The notes under the pieces were generated by a model that was given only the letters and a program-made list of their open reading frames with translations, had not been told where the DNA came from and did no database searches. From Strigamia acuminata (lineage: Eukaryota), in NCBI GenBank assembly GCA_949358305.1, contig OX442314.1:27838001-27902000 (forward strand): 64,000 nt of DNA. The letters run 5' to 3'. A program made the position numbers and the translations under genes. Numbering within the stretch: the first letter of the stretch is position 1; each line of letters starts with the position of its first letter. This document shows positions 10,040 to 22,782 of this stretch, in pieces.

Positions 10040-12062
10040 GTCAAATTGTTTCTCCTTCAAGGGGGTGGCATATTTCGTTCAATCCTGGTCATATAAATTG
10101 TTCACACTAACCTGATTTAGCGTGGCTATCCGAATATACAATGAACAGTTTATGCGACTTGGATTGTACAATTGCTGCCATAAAAATGTTCATTGACTTC
10201 TACCGTTTAATACTAGATGTCTCTGAAGGATGGTGTCATGCCCTATCGTTACACTTTGCCAGTGCAGATGGGAATTGAAACTGAATTTCAATTTATTTTG
10301 CGCAAAGTGAGTTAATTGCTTGTTTCTTTAGTTCTTGCAATTTATTCAATGATGCAGCAAGGTTAAAGATATCTTGTGACAGTTTTTATTGCGGATACAT
10401 TTAACAAAAATAGTGATATTGTATTTCTTTTCTGCAAGTATCAATTTTTGCCTTCAAGAAAGCCCTACTGTGAACCCAGCCTAATAAAGCAAACCCAATG
10501 TTATGAAGACTGTGTGTCAAAACAAACTCTAAAAAAACATCCACAATGCAGGTCTGTAAACTTAGTTCACTGAAACAATTGATGATGCTGATACTGTAGA
10601 TTGTTTACTTAGGTTGCCTTACATGACTGACAAAAATCTGCCAGACTGCAGTTTAGAAGCAAACAAATCAATTGTGTTGAAAGTGTATGATGACTCCTAC
10701 CTTCCCGAAACATCCACACTGGCAACAATTGAATGTGGTTGCCTAAGACCTTGTCAAACGAGTGTTTATATCCTAATAGTGAAGACCGATACTAGTTAGG
10801 TCAAACGATATCATTTTGACGTGTAATTATAACAAAATTATTCATCTTTCACTGTTAGATTTTGAAGATGAACCCAATAGTAAAGATTTAGCAAGTATAA
10901 ACGTTAAAGTGATGGAAGAAACATTTGTCAGAATGACAGAAATCTACATTTACAAAATCCCTAATTTGGTGATCGATTTTGGCGGTAATCTAGGATTTTC
11001 TTTGGGATATTCGCTCCTCTCTATAATCGAAATTGTACAATTTGTTTCGCTTTTGTGCTACAATAAGTATATTAGACCTGTTCGACTACAAGCTCACATA
11101 AAAACAAAAGTCATTAATCAAATCAGAATGGCAAATTTGAAAAAAAAGGCAAAGGAAACTTTGCCTCAAGCCTCACCAATGCTACAACGCACGTTTTTCA
11201 TACTCATTTTTATTTGTGCTTTCTTAGCAGTTTATGTGAGCAAAGAAAAAATTACATTATATCTGAGTGAACCAACAAGATATGTGGTAAATATTCAAGA
11301 AAATGACACATTATATATGCCCAACGTTATTGCATGTATGGATGGACCCTTAACAACACACTATAGGAACCAATATGCCAAAATTACAGGCATTCCAGAA
11401 TGCAAAATTCACTTTGTTGATTTAATGAATACAACTATCAGAGAGAAAAAGCCATCAATGGAAGATGTATGGCGCTATCAAACACCTATAATGGATATTG
11501 TTACCATGGAGGCTGCAGCAAGTGTAAGTGTTTGGTCTGATGTCCAAAAGTGTAAAACAACAGTAATTGTTGTTTTTATGTTTCATCCGTGGGATGGGAT
11601 GACATTAAATCCTGGTTCTTAACCTTTGTAGCAGTTGGCAACCCTTGACTTATGCAGTCTCTGCTCACAGCTCAACAAAGTTAAATATTTTTGAACTAAG
11701 TTTTTACTGGTGTTACTTAACCACTTCTGAAGTAGCTTTGTACCCCCAGAATATCTATCTTGCACCCCCAGGTGGTTGTAACGATTCTACTTTTGGCTGA
11801 ATATATTACGCTTTAAACCTAACTTAAACGAGATAGACTAAAACTGTGCACTAAGTGAAAAACAGAATAATACAAACTTACGATCTACAGGTGATTATGT
11901 TTATTACAAAGTACAACTGGGTTCTGGGCACCTGTAAACGGGCAGCATCGTCTGGTTGAGGATCCAGGCGGGCCAAGGAATAGGGCTGGCTTCGCGGCAT
12001 CGTCACAATAACATTACGTGGCCGTATTCGGCCACGTGACGAAAATGCACAAAGATGCGGAG

Positions 12063-12833
12063 TAGGGCCTCTGTTTTCCCACCTTTTTAAAATTCCTAAT
12101 TCCCGGTACCAAAATAGCAGGTACTCCCGGGACTCCCGGGAAATCGGTACTCTTGGGACTAAAAAAGGTCAGGCGAGAGGCGACAATAAATGGCAAAAAA
12201 TGCCCGTTTTTTGTCACAAATGGCCATTTTTAGCCATTTCTAGCCATTTTTCATGGTAAAAATGGCTGTTTTCCATAAAAATTGGCCCTTTTTTGTCAAG
12301 AATGGCTCTTTTTTGTCAAAAATAGCGTTTTTTGTCAAAAATAGCGTTTTTTGTCAAAAATAGCCTTTTTTGTCAAAATAGCCTTTTTTGTCAAAAATAG
12401 CCTTTTTTTGTCAAAAATAGCCTTTTTTTGTCAAAAATAGCCTTTTTTGTCAAAAATGGCCTTTTTTGTCAAAAATGGCTTTTTTTGTCAAAAATAGCTT
12501 TTTTTGTCAAAAATAGCTTTTTTTGTCAAAAATAGCCTTTTTTGTCAAAAATAGCCTTTTTTGTCAAAAGTAGCCTTTTTTGTCAAAAATAGCCTTTTTT
12601 GTCAAAAATAGCCTTTTTGGTCAAAAATGGCTGTTTTTAGCCATTTTTTGTCAAAAATGGCCATTTTAGCCATTTTTAGTTAAAAATGGCCATTTTCAAT
12701 GATGAAAATGACGTTTCAGCAACGAATTTTTGACGGAACCGGTTTTTCTCCAATTTCCCGGTTTTCGGTACCATGATTTATCACCGGGATTCCCGGGAAA
12801 TCGGTAGCCCGGTTTCCAGGTATCGAAACCCTA
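12063..12833. mobile_element. hAT-type MITE with an internal ~20-bp minisatellite (TTTTTTGTCAAAAATAGCC)n; truncated copy at ~34135-34998 with an expanded array
   Basis: TAGGG...CCCTA termini, 8-bp TSD ATGCGGAG/ATGTGGAG, subterminal CCCGGGA motifs. Confidence 0.8.
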
Positions 12834-12982
12834 ATGTGGAGAATCCTCCGCATTTACTGATATTTATACCATCGATTATTCAATCGATGGAATCGTGATT
12901 TGAACAAGACTAAACTATAAAAATAAAACAATTAAATGTTAGATATTAATATTATTGGCGGGGTCAGTCATAATGGTTTTAA

Positions 12983-15163
12983 CCTTCCCATAGCCAAGCC
13001 TAATTTCCATCACTGCTAGCTGTGGTCAGTCAAATCGGCCTTCTTTTAAAATGCTTCTGCACATGTGCAGAATCTTATTTCTCTAGGTGCAATCGCATTT
13101 TTCCTGGCCTCAGCACATGTTTTAATGTGCTCAAACCAGAAAAAATGCGATTGCACCTGGAAAAGTAAGATTGTGCACATGCGCAGAATCGTTTGTGATG
13201 ATTATAAACCCGTATTCATCAATGTTCACAATAGATGGCGCTGTTTACTAAACGCGCGTAATTCAAACTCGAGAAAACTAAAAAGTTGTGATAAATCATT
13301 ACTTAACACGGTGAAGAAAATATAACTATTTTATTCAATATAAATTAAGTATTACTTACTTGATGATATTAATTCTATCGAATTAATATCAACACTTACT
13401 TACCTTTCGAGGGAAACCAATCGGACCCTTCTTGACCCAATTCCATATTAGGTCCGAACCCCCCTGTCTCTTTTAGGTCCGGACTAGTGACCTACGAATC
13501 CGCTGATCCGTACACTGATTGGCTGTCGCCAATCTAGTAGTTCTCAAGAACTATATAAGCACTGGTTTTCCACCCACTATCCCCCTGGCTTGATTCTGAA
13601 TATGTTTATATTGTTTGTAGTTGATATGTTGTTATCATTTGATCTCACTTTCTCTATCGACACATCAGGCCTCCTCAGCTCTCCACAATTAGTATTCATT
13701 ACTAGATTGTTATTGTTGTTGTAGGGCCCTTTCGGGAAGGCTAACTCCGGTAATAGACATGTTAATAACATGAAATGGCCCCGTAACGTTAGCTTGCTGT
13801 TCTACGGGACAGTTAGAGTTCGTACGGTAGCTTAATATAATGGCCCTATACAGTAAGGCCTTGCTAGTTGTAAGTAGGTCCCTCAGCTAACTGGCCTCAG
13901 TCCGCTGCAGGATGGCTGTTGTAAACAGCCCCCTCAGGTTCCCGTATTTCTGTGGCTGGTCCTTCCGCACGTTAAAGGTCGGTAAAGGGTCGGTAAAGGT
14001 CGGTTAAATAACTACCTGGATAATGGTAATCCAACAGCAGTGGCTGATTAATATTTTACCCGGTGCTCGATCAAAAGGATCCCGCCATCGTAAAGCATGC
14101 TGGCAGATGGAGGAGTCAAATCCTCCCGCGATGGTTCTCCCGACCGTCGTGACGGTCCCCGCCCCATTGTACACTCCGGGTTAGTAACCCGTGAACGGTA
14201 TACAAAATACCGTGCTAAACAAATTACTCGGGCATTGGTAATCCTGTATTGGCAATAATTATTATGTCGGTAAGTCCATAGAAATGTTTACCTGGTGGTT
14301 GGTACCACCGATAGCAAATTAACGTTTACAATTAAATACTCGGCACCTGATCACGAGATCTTGTCGTCGTAAGGCATGCTGGCGGATGGAGTCTCAACAA
14401 CTCCCGTGACGTTCTCTCAATTGTCGTGATGGTCCCCGCCCAATTAATATTTATATAACATTTCATTTGTTATATTTCAATAATCACTTTACTTTTATTC
14501 ATTGGAACAGAGAATATTCTACCGAATATTCCCATTCAAGCGAAGGACTCTTCGCATTATTAGATAATCGAGCTGCGGACCAAATACGTCTCCGTAGCGT
14601 TATTTGTGACGATGCCGCAAGTCAGCCGTATCCCTCTGGCTTCGCCCGGATCCTCAACCAGTTGATGCCGCCGTTTACACGCGTCAAGAACCCAACCTTG
14701 TTATTATTATTCAGTAATAAATATGTTATGTCACATTAAAACCATAAGTTGTCTCCATTCGATTATTCATTCATGTCACGCTGAATCCCGTAGCTTATCT
14801 CGGTTAGGTTGTTGTTAGTCTTAACAACGTCTTGTTTAAACCGATTAATATCTATCTTAACTGGCTAATAAATTAGCCTAAAAGTAGAATCGTCACACGT
14901 TTCAATATACCGCCTAGTGCTAAAAAGTGGCAAAACAGTGTACGGCGCTCACGTAATGGTGTTTTAGGTTGTAAATATTATAATTATTATTGGTTTAACT
15001 TATTCCTAACCGAAATAACATTAGAACTTTGTTATTATAAATTTAAAAAAAAATTTTTTGGAGGAATTAAAGCTGGTCCCCTAAATTAATTTTCAGGGAA
15101 AAAAAAGTTATAGTTATTTTACTACTTTTGTTATTTTTCTGACCCACCATGGCTATGGGAAGG
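12983..15163. mobile_element. piggyBac-type non-autonomous element hosting solo LTR B and a ~140-bp palindrome
   Basis: TIR CCTTCCCATAGCCA/TGGCTATGGGAAGG with TTAA TSD. The empty site (ggttTTAAggcc) is visible in unit 2 at ~35144. Confidence 0.85.
13194..14897 (+). mobile_element. Solo LTR B (1704 bp)
   Basis: TGTGATGATT...AATCGTCACA termini, 4-bp TSD CGTT, TATA (ctatataa ~13551), AATAAA ~14716. Confidence 0.85.
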
Positions 15164-17212
15164 TTAAGGCCATCGTGGGAGATTATTACGCCTCCATCCG
15201 CCACATAATCATAACAACTAAGAGCCACGACGGTCGTAGAATCATGAATGATCCATGGCCGGGATTTATTGTCCGGGTATTCCTTCCCGCATGATAACAC
15301 TTTATAAATGCAACAGCAATTCAATTACTCGAGCGAGCTATTGCCGGAACACGCGTTAACAAGTCATCACCTTTATAGTCAAGTTACTGAGGGGGCCTAA
15401 TGCTTTTGAAGAGAGATCACAAAGACACAAACCAAACAGAAAAACAGAAAAAGCCGCAGTTCCGATGTTAACCGGAGTTTATATAGTTCTTGAGAACAAT
15501 AGGATTAGAGGTGACCAATTGGGTATCAGAATCAAAAGATTCGGGGGTCCATTCTAAAGATAGGACCAAATCTCGAAGAGTCCAATCGGCTCGCTTCACA
15601 TTGATATTGATTCATTTGAATCAATATCTTACTAAATAATACCTTATTTAGGTTAACACATATCGTATATTTATTCGTTTAATTATAACATTCATTATAA
15701 TTCTGGTTTCAATGTTTAAACAGTGCGCGTTCGATTGAGCAGCGCCATCTAGCGTGAACTTTCACATTACACAGTTTTACAACCGTCACATGGTTCATGC
15801 ACCATCTGTTGAGAAACACTGCATAAAATACTTGTACACACGAAATGTGTCAAAGAACATCAGAAAAACAATGTCTGCCATCCAATCCCCAATGGGTCAA
15901 AAACTGTGGCAGTTAGTGAATACACAGTAGATCGATTTGCATTGGATCAAAAGGCATTTGACAAACCTATTTTGAACCTGTTAGATAGACTGTGCTAGTG
16001 CTAGATCAAACTAATCCTTTCTACTAAATTCAATCATTTACAAGATAATTGTGCATAAAATGTATTTTCTTAACAGAACCTAGGAATAAAAGTAAATGTA
16101 TCTTGGAGCAAAATAGCTATGCACACAGGAACATGCTATCAATCTCGAATAGGTAATTAAAAATTTGTACAAAAATTATAATTGTATAAAATTATAATGA
16201 CATTATTTTCTTAGAACCACTAAAATATGCAGGAGTTCTTTCAGCAATATTTTTTAGTTTTCGACCAAACAAACATCAAATCTGTAACCAAAATGAGTAT
16301 GAGGTAATGAACACATTCCATTTGTCATCAACTTTTGAATTTTGCACGGTACTCGAATAAATACACAAGTTGCACAATACTTATCCACTGGGCGGACAAA
16401 AGTCGCGGTCAAGAGTCATAGTAATTAATCATTTTGCATTTTGCATTTTGCATTTAAAGGTGGATTTCACAACTTAATAAGCCAATTCTTTGTGCCTTAA
16501 ACAAGCGCACTCCATCCAATTTCTAACTGTATCGTGCCTATTTCCCCACTATGTTAAGCCATGCTTACTGATCATTCTCCATCCCTAATGAAGTTTGAGA
16601 CCCGAGTCAAACCCTTTCTTTTAGGTTAGTCAACACTAACAAAACACTCAAATTTTGCAGATACAAAATAATGTTGTAAACTTCAGCAAATTGGGATTTC
16701 TCGACCGCCTGATGTCCTTATTAAATGGCGGCCATCTTTGGGACTTCCCACAAACCTGGTAAAGTTATTTAAATCCACCAACAACCGGATTGAACATGAC
16801 AGTACTTACACCAACATGTATTTTTGTTAATTGTAGGGGTGTTTGATCAGAATTGACTTCCTGCTAAATATCAAGAATACGATAACTGTAGTTTTCTTTC
16901 TGTAGGTGTACTTTAAACAAAACGAAGCAACAATTCCATCAATTCCCTCAATACTAAGAAGCAGAAGAAGTATTAAAAGAGACACGTTTACCATTCTCAC
17001 ATTCAAAATGTTTAAAGTATGTTTGCAGACAATTATATAAACAAAACTACTAAATCGATTGTTTTAATTTAGACCATTCGATTAAATCTGAAATCTCAAC
17101 CTTGCCTTGACCATGACAAATACATGAGATGCCAAGATGATTGCTACGAAAAAGAGATTTATAATATAATTCAGTGCAAGTGAGTATTTCTTTTTCATTT
17201 TATATCTAAGTA

Positions 17213-17398
17213 CAGTGTAGGCTGCGTAGCCCAGACATAGCACCGTCCGGACAGCTGTGTGGTCTGGACAGTTTGGAAGGCCTGATTTGGTCCCGCCCAA
17301 TACCCAGCAATATTAAATCTCCTCTCCCGTCCGGACATTCCCTAGACCGGACAAGTTTCTGGGTCCCGTCCTATGTCCGGGCTACGCAGCCTACACTG
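17213..17398. mobile_element. TA-flanked MITE (Tc1/mariner type)
   Basis: TIR CAGTGTAGGCTGCGTAGCCC flanked by TA. Absent at the paralogous site ~55020. Confidence 0.85.
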
Positions 17399-18357
17399 TA
17401 TGTGACATTTAGGGAGTTACTGTGTGAGTGGTGTCATCATTTTTCACACTTGTAAAAATCTGTGTTTTGGACATTAAGAAAACCAACAGATGAAATTTTT
17501 AAACTTCATATGATGTAGTTTGCAATACATGTTATTTAAACATTTTTAGGTTACCATTTTTGGTCAACATCAATAAGAATAATTGCACCAACCTTCAAGA
17601 CACTAAAACTTCATTGGCATCGTTCATAAACAGTTCATTAACTACCGATGCAATGATAGACTGCGGTTGCCATCCACCTTGTGAAGAGCCAGTGTTTGAC
17701 ACCTTCGTTTTTTTTCAAGACACAAAAGCATGGCCACTCAAAATTCTCGCTATAATTCCAATGAACAACATAATTGAAGAATTTAAGCAAATATTATCCT
17801 ACACTGAAGTTGCATAGTGCTGCGACATTGGAAATTGTTTTTCATTAATGCTTGGCCTTTCAATTCTTGCAATTCCACAGCTATCACAAAAAATAGTTTT
17901 TCAATTTATGCGACTGACTAGAAAAAACTAAAATCTGCCATCACATTTTTCAAATACTATACACTGATATAAATCAAAAATTAAACGACAATTAAATCTA
18001 AAGCACATCCTAATAAATAATACGCACGTAAATAAATAAGTAAATAAATATAACAAAAAATCAACACACAGACGAAGCATGGCTAACAGTCACTAATCCA
18101 CACAATGCAGCTAAACTTTTCTATAAATCACCCACAAACTAAGTTTCACTTAAGAAACAACTTTAAATATTATCTTTTAATTTGACATAAACTCGGACGA
18201 CTTTTGTCAGCATAACATACTGTTGTCTGTTGTTTCACAAACGCTTAGTTGTTATAGAGTGGGAAAAGATCCTTAAAGATGTTTAAAAACTAAAAAGTGT
18301 CATTTCAGAATAATTTAGCCTCTCGGTTTGTATTTTAAGACATTAATTTTTCAACTA

Positions 18358-18527
18358 CCGTACTGCCTTGAACAATGGCCCGGGCGTTTATTTATTTTCA
18401 TGACCCGACCCCACCCCGGTCGGGTCAGTTCGGGGCGGCGTTTGGTGCACTAAGCGCCGCCGAGCCCCCGGCGTTTATTCGAGTCCTGGCGCTTATTCAC
18501 GCCGGGCCATTGTTCAAGGCAGTACGG
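18358..18527. mobile_element. TA-flanked MITE (CCGTA termini, pogo/Tc2-like)
   Basis: TIR CCGTACTGCCTTGAACAATGGCCCGG with TA TSD. Empty site at ~55973. Confidence 0.85.
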
Positions 18528-18744
18528 TACTACTACTGTAATATAATATTCTATCTATTACATCATGCGATTATGAACTTTACCCATATTATATACAAGT
18601 ATTTTTAATCTTAAAAATTGATCCTCCGATAGGACGAGTGGGCTACGCTAACTAGTTACGCTATCCTATTATACTGCGCTATTACACTATACTATACTAT
18701 ATTATTAATTACACTACTACAGCACTATTTATTATTCCGTAGTA

Positions 18745-19054
18745 CAGGGGTTCCCAAACTTTTTAGCATCGCGCCCCACTTTTTAAGCAAGGCGATCTTC
18801 TGCGCCCCACTTCATCTACCAGTGCATTAAATTTTTAAAAAATATACTACTAAAAAGAAAAAAAGAAATTTTTATATAATTTTGCATAAAACTTTGTATA
18901 ATTTTTTATATAATTTTATATAATTTTGCTTAAAAATTTACAAAAATTTGCAAATTAAGCTTGTTTTATTTAGGCATGTATGATAGGTGCGCCCCACCAA
19001 TAATCAGCTCAGCGCCCCACCAGTGAGGCGCGCCTCACCGTTTGGGAAACCCTG
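18745..19054. mobile_element. hAT MITE
   Basis: CAGGGGTTCCCAAAC / GTTTGGGAAACCCTG termini, 8-bp TSD CCGTAGTA/CCGCAGTA. Empty site at ~56176. Confidence 0.9.
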
Positions 19055-19881
19055 CCGCAGTATTTATATTTATTAATCAACTCTGTTTTTACTTTCCACT
19101 TAATCGTTTCTGCAGCAATTTAATCCATAGTTGTTGCATACATTTTTTTAAATTGCTTTTCCCAGTCAGTCCACCTCTTAAAATTAACTTCACAATCAAA
19201 TAACAAACTTACTGTTAGAACTACCGTCTTTTACTTTCATCGGTTTGAAATTTTTTTAATTTTTTTATACTGTCGACGTGGGATAATTTGATTCCTCATT
19301 TGCCTCTGTCATTGAGTTGACTACATCAACCCGACTGCGTCAACGGTAAAACTATAAGATACAACTAAATTTCACAATAGTTGATAAGAATTATCGTTTC
19401 TTACGTTTATGATTAATAATGCTGATTGACGTTGTTGCTGAATCAGATGTATTGGCTACGAAGCGCCATATATTTTTTCATTTTTCACGTCGTTACAATG
19501 TCTGTTAAAATGAAAACATGTTTTATTATATATGGTATATTCTATTTGATTGTTAAATTATTATTACTCCCTTGATTTGCGTCGCATTGAGTTAAACCGG
19601 CAGCCGCCATTAAAAGTTGTCGTGACGTAGTAGTCAAGATGTTTTATGCGCATGCTCAATAGCGCATTTTTTTCCTGTAAAATAAAATAATAAAATAAAA
19701 TACCGAACATAATAAACAAAGCCTTCGGTGTATTATATTTTCAAGCATTTTCGGTCTATCCATTATCGGTTTTGGATTTTTCTTACCAGAAAAGAAAAAT
19801 GGCGGCAGTTTCAAATAAATGCCGCACAAATTCATGTGTGAACAAGCTAAAGCAAAGAAATTGCATCTTAGCAGGGTCGGC

Positions 19882-20659
19882 TCAGACGTCGGTTTTTCGG
19901 ACCCCAGAACGAGGCCCTGCTTCAGTAATCAACAAATGTTGAAATGTGTTGCACTCAGTGCTCCGGTTCAACTCCAACAAATCGTAAACGGTTTCGTTGT
20001 CCAAACATTGCAGCTTAATCTTCTGAAATAACCGAACGGGAGCACGCTCTCTATTACGATCGCCGTTGCATTTCCACTTGAAAATGCACCGAGCAATCGC
20101 ATTGCAGCAAGCAACGTCGTTGCCACATTCAATTAAATAACTCATTTCGGTTTCATCCAACAATTGTATGATTTCATTCTCTGCTAGTGCCTCAATGAGG
20201 ATCCCTATATACATCGCAATAATTTATAATCTTGTCGGCATAGATCGAATTTAGTGGCCAAACTCCAAGCTTTGGGAAACGTCTCCCCACTGACGTCATC
20301 GACTAATCGGTCCCAGCAATGGCGAAGCAAATCATGAATTCGCATCAAAAGACAGGTGGAAATTAACTCTGGCAGCAAGTCGTCATCCTTGTCGAAAATC
20401 GGCAATTCAGCGGTGTATAGGTATTCAACGATGATTTCAATGACTTTTTTTCAAATATTTGAAAATTAACTTCGCCCGAGTTCTTCTCAAACAAATCTGC
20501 AGTGAGCATGACCTCGAAATAAGATCAGGATGAAATTAAAACCACTTTGTGGACATGAATGACCCCGTCCATGCATCTTAGAACGACGTCCGTCCCGTAT
20601 TGTTGTTGTCGCAATTCCTCCATTTTGTTTCGCGTGCGAGTCAATTGTTTGTATACCAT
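19882..20659 (-). pseudogene. BTB-BACK gene copy 1, pseudogene
   Basis: Paralog of 59122-59952. Premature TGA (~20524) and frameshifts split it into ORFs 20205-20405 and 19882-20214. Confidence 0.85.
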
Positions 20660-20825
20660 GCTGAAAGTACAGGAAGAAACATTAAATTATTTTTTGGTTT
20701 CAATAAATCCAAATTAAATTAAAATCAAACTTTTTGTCGCAAACGTGAATTAATTTTACTGGCTCGAATGCTCGTTCATCGGTCCCAGTAACAGCACAAT
20801 CGTAAACGGCTCGAATTGTCTTTTT

Positions 20826-22782
20826 GGGGATTCATAACTGGCGCGAAATGAATTGGCGCGGAATTATTTTTTTTTCACAGAACCCGTTTTCAGTAAATTG
20901 AACTGGCGCGAATTGAATAAGCGCGAAATTTTGAATTCAATTGTTGAATTAGCGCGGAATGCCAACATTGTCAACTGAATAAGCGCGGAATTTGTTAAAA
21001 TTTGGAACTGAATTAGCGCGGAATTTGGACAAAGTTTGGAACTGAATTAGCGCGGAATTTGGACAAAAGTTGGAACTGAATAAGCGCGGAATACGAAAAG
21101 CAATACAAGTTTTTAATTTGTTGTTTTCCAATCGAATTTACTTATTTTCGTGGTTTTTAGGCTTTTAAAGTCAATTTTGGACGTTTTTTCAACCAAAATT
21201 CTCACACTTGAAAAATGTTCGTTTAACGACACGATTCGTCCAATTAGTGACCTTCGTTAAGTTGGCCCCCCTATGTCCAATCCAAAAAATTTATTGGACT
21301 AGATAGCCCTTTCAATGGACATAATTGGACTTCGTTTGTTACATTAAACAAATATAGGGTGTCCCAAAAATAACGCAAGATTTGAATTAGCCGCCATTTG
21401 TGCAGTAAATTTTTGGCGACCCTGAAACAACAACAAATTGACAGCTAAGAGTTTAGGGTTAGGTTTAGGGTTAGTGAAAATGGAGTGTTACACGATACAA
21501 CAACGTGTTTAGGGTTGGTAAACATGAAGCATTACGCGATACAACAACGTGTAACAATACAATTACTGCAAGAGACATTTCCTGGTCGTGTACTCTCTCG
21601 TTTCGGTGATCAGAATTGTAATGCACGGGTGGTTGTGGGCTTGTTGACATAGACCTTTGAATTCAAATAACCCCATAAAAAGAAATCTAATGGTGTTAAA
21701 TCACACGATCTAGGGGGCCAATTCTGATCACCGAAACGAGAGAGTACACGACCAGGAAATGTCTCTTGAGTAATTGTATTGTTACACGTTGTTGTATCGC
21801 GTAATGCTCCATGTTTACCAACCCTAAACACGTTGTTGTATCGTGTAACACTCCATTTTCACTAACCCTAAACCTAACCCTAAACTCTTAGCTGTCAATT
21901 TGTTGTTGTTTCAGGGTCGCCAAAAATTTACTGCACAAATGGCGGCAAATTCAAATCTTGCGTTATTTTTGGGACACTTTTTATAACAAACGAAAAACCG
22001 AAATTGTAATTGCTGACAAAAATTGCAGTTTTGCAGAGCCGCAGCTCTTAATTGATAAAATACGGTAGTCATTTTTTCTTTAAAAAATCGGTGATTTATG
22101 TCATGTTCACCATTTTATTTCAAATTTCTAATTTTAAAATGCATGTCTTCGTAATTAAACTTGGGTATTTTTTTGAAAAACCGATTAACTTTCATGTTCA
22201 CCATTTTCATTTTGAATTTCGATTGACCACGAATTGTAAACAAACTAGAGCTTTATCTGGCGGAAGCCGTGACCAAAATAAAATTTAATTTTGAAATTTA
22301 AAAAAAAGACTAATTTTCAAAATTGACCTTTAGGAATATTTAACACATGAATCCTATGTGTAATCTGCCGCTGAAAACGTTGGCGTCCTTATATTTCTCA
22401 TTAAATTTAGTTAAAAAGAAGAAATCAGCAAATTACGACAAAAATTGAACAAACGCTCATTGCAGTAAAGCCCCCTCCCGTCTCCTAGCGGAATTCTCTA
22501 CAGCACACCATTCCGCGCTCAGGCAATTCAAGAACTGAATAAGCGCGGAATTCTCTACAGCACACCATTCCGCGCTCAGGCAATTCAAGAACTGAATAAG
22601 CGCGGAATGGTGTTCAGTAAATAATTCCGCGCTTAGTCAGTTCTGGAATTGCCTGAGCGCGGAATTCTCATTACCACAACTGAACGGGCGCGGAATGATC
22701 AGCCGAGAACTGAATAAGCGCGAATGAATAAGCGCGGAATTTCTTTCCGCGCTCATTCATTCCGCGCCAGTTATTGTAACCC
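20826..22782. mobile_element. Non-autonomous TIR element (MULE/hAT-like) with subterminal AACTGAATAAGCGCGGAA repeats
   Basis: 8-bp TSD GTCTTTTT and inverted ends (ataactggcgcg...). Empty site at ~57704. Confidence 0.8.
21355..21983. mobile_element. Foldback deletion derivative of a Tc1/mariner (DD41D-like) element
   Basis: ~260-bp inverted arms. Transposase remnant [30 protein letters not shown] (21610-21831, minus strand). Confidence 0.85.

Larger units (their letters stand above)
11777..15771 (-). mobile_element. Solo LTR A (minus strand) interrupted by nested elements; internally deleted copy at 34117-35743
   Basis: TGTAA...TTACA termini. Shares several blocks in inverted orientation with LTR B: TAGATGGCGCTG, ttctcaagaactatataa, gtgacgatgccgc...ggatcctcaaccag, and gtagaatcgt(t/c)aca. 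Confidence 0.75.
9294..17931 (+). pseudogene. Double-domain DEG/ENaC gene copy 1, disrupted
   Basis: Exon-by-exon paralog of 27245-55548. Exon 2 is interrupted by the gypsy element. In-frame TAG at 17815-17817 (TTG in copy 2) falls before the final TM2. Confidence 0.85.

Noticed and set aside
9507..10110. Cluster of short ORFs conserved in both units (also 30968-31571)
   Set aside because: They fall largely within an intronic TIR element; conservation reflects recent duplication.
12300..12660. CRISPR-like array
   Set aside because: Head-to-tail repeats with no unique spacers, no cas genes, and a eukaryotic context.
11777..15771. DIRS-like element with inverted LTRs
   Set aside because: The inverted similarity is explained by two independent solo LTRs. 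LTR B has its own TSD within a TTAA element, and there is no tyrosine recombinase.
21452..21474. Telomere-like TTAGGG/TTAGG repeats
   Set aside because: Only a few mixed units inside a transposon arm, mirrored at ~21862; not an interstitial telomere.
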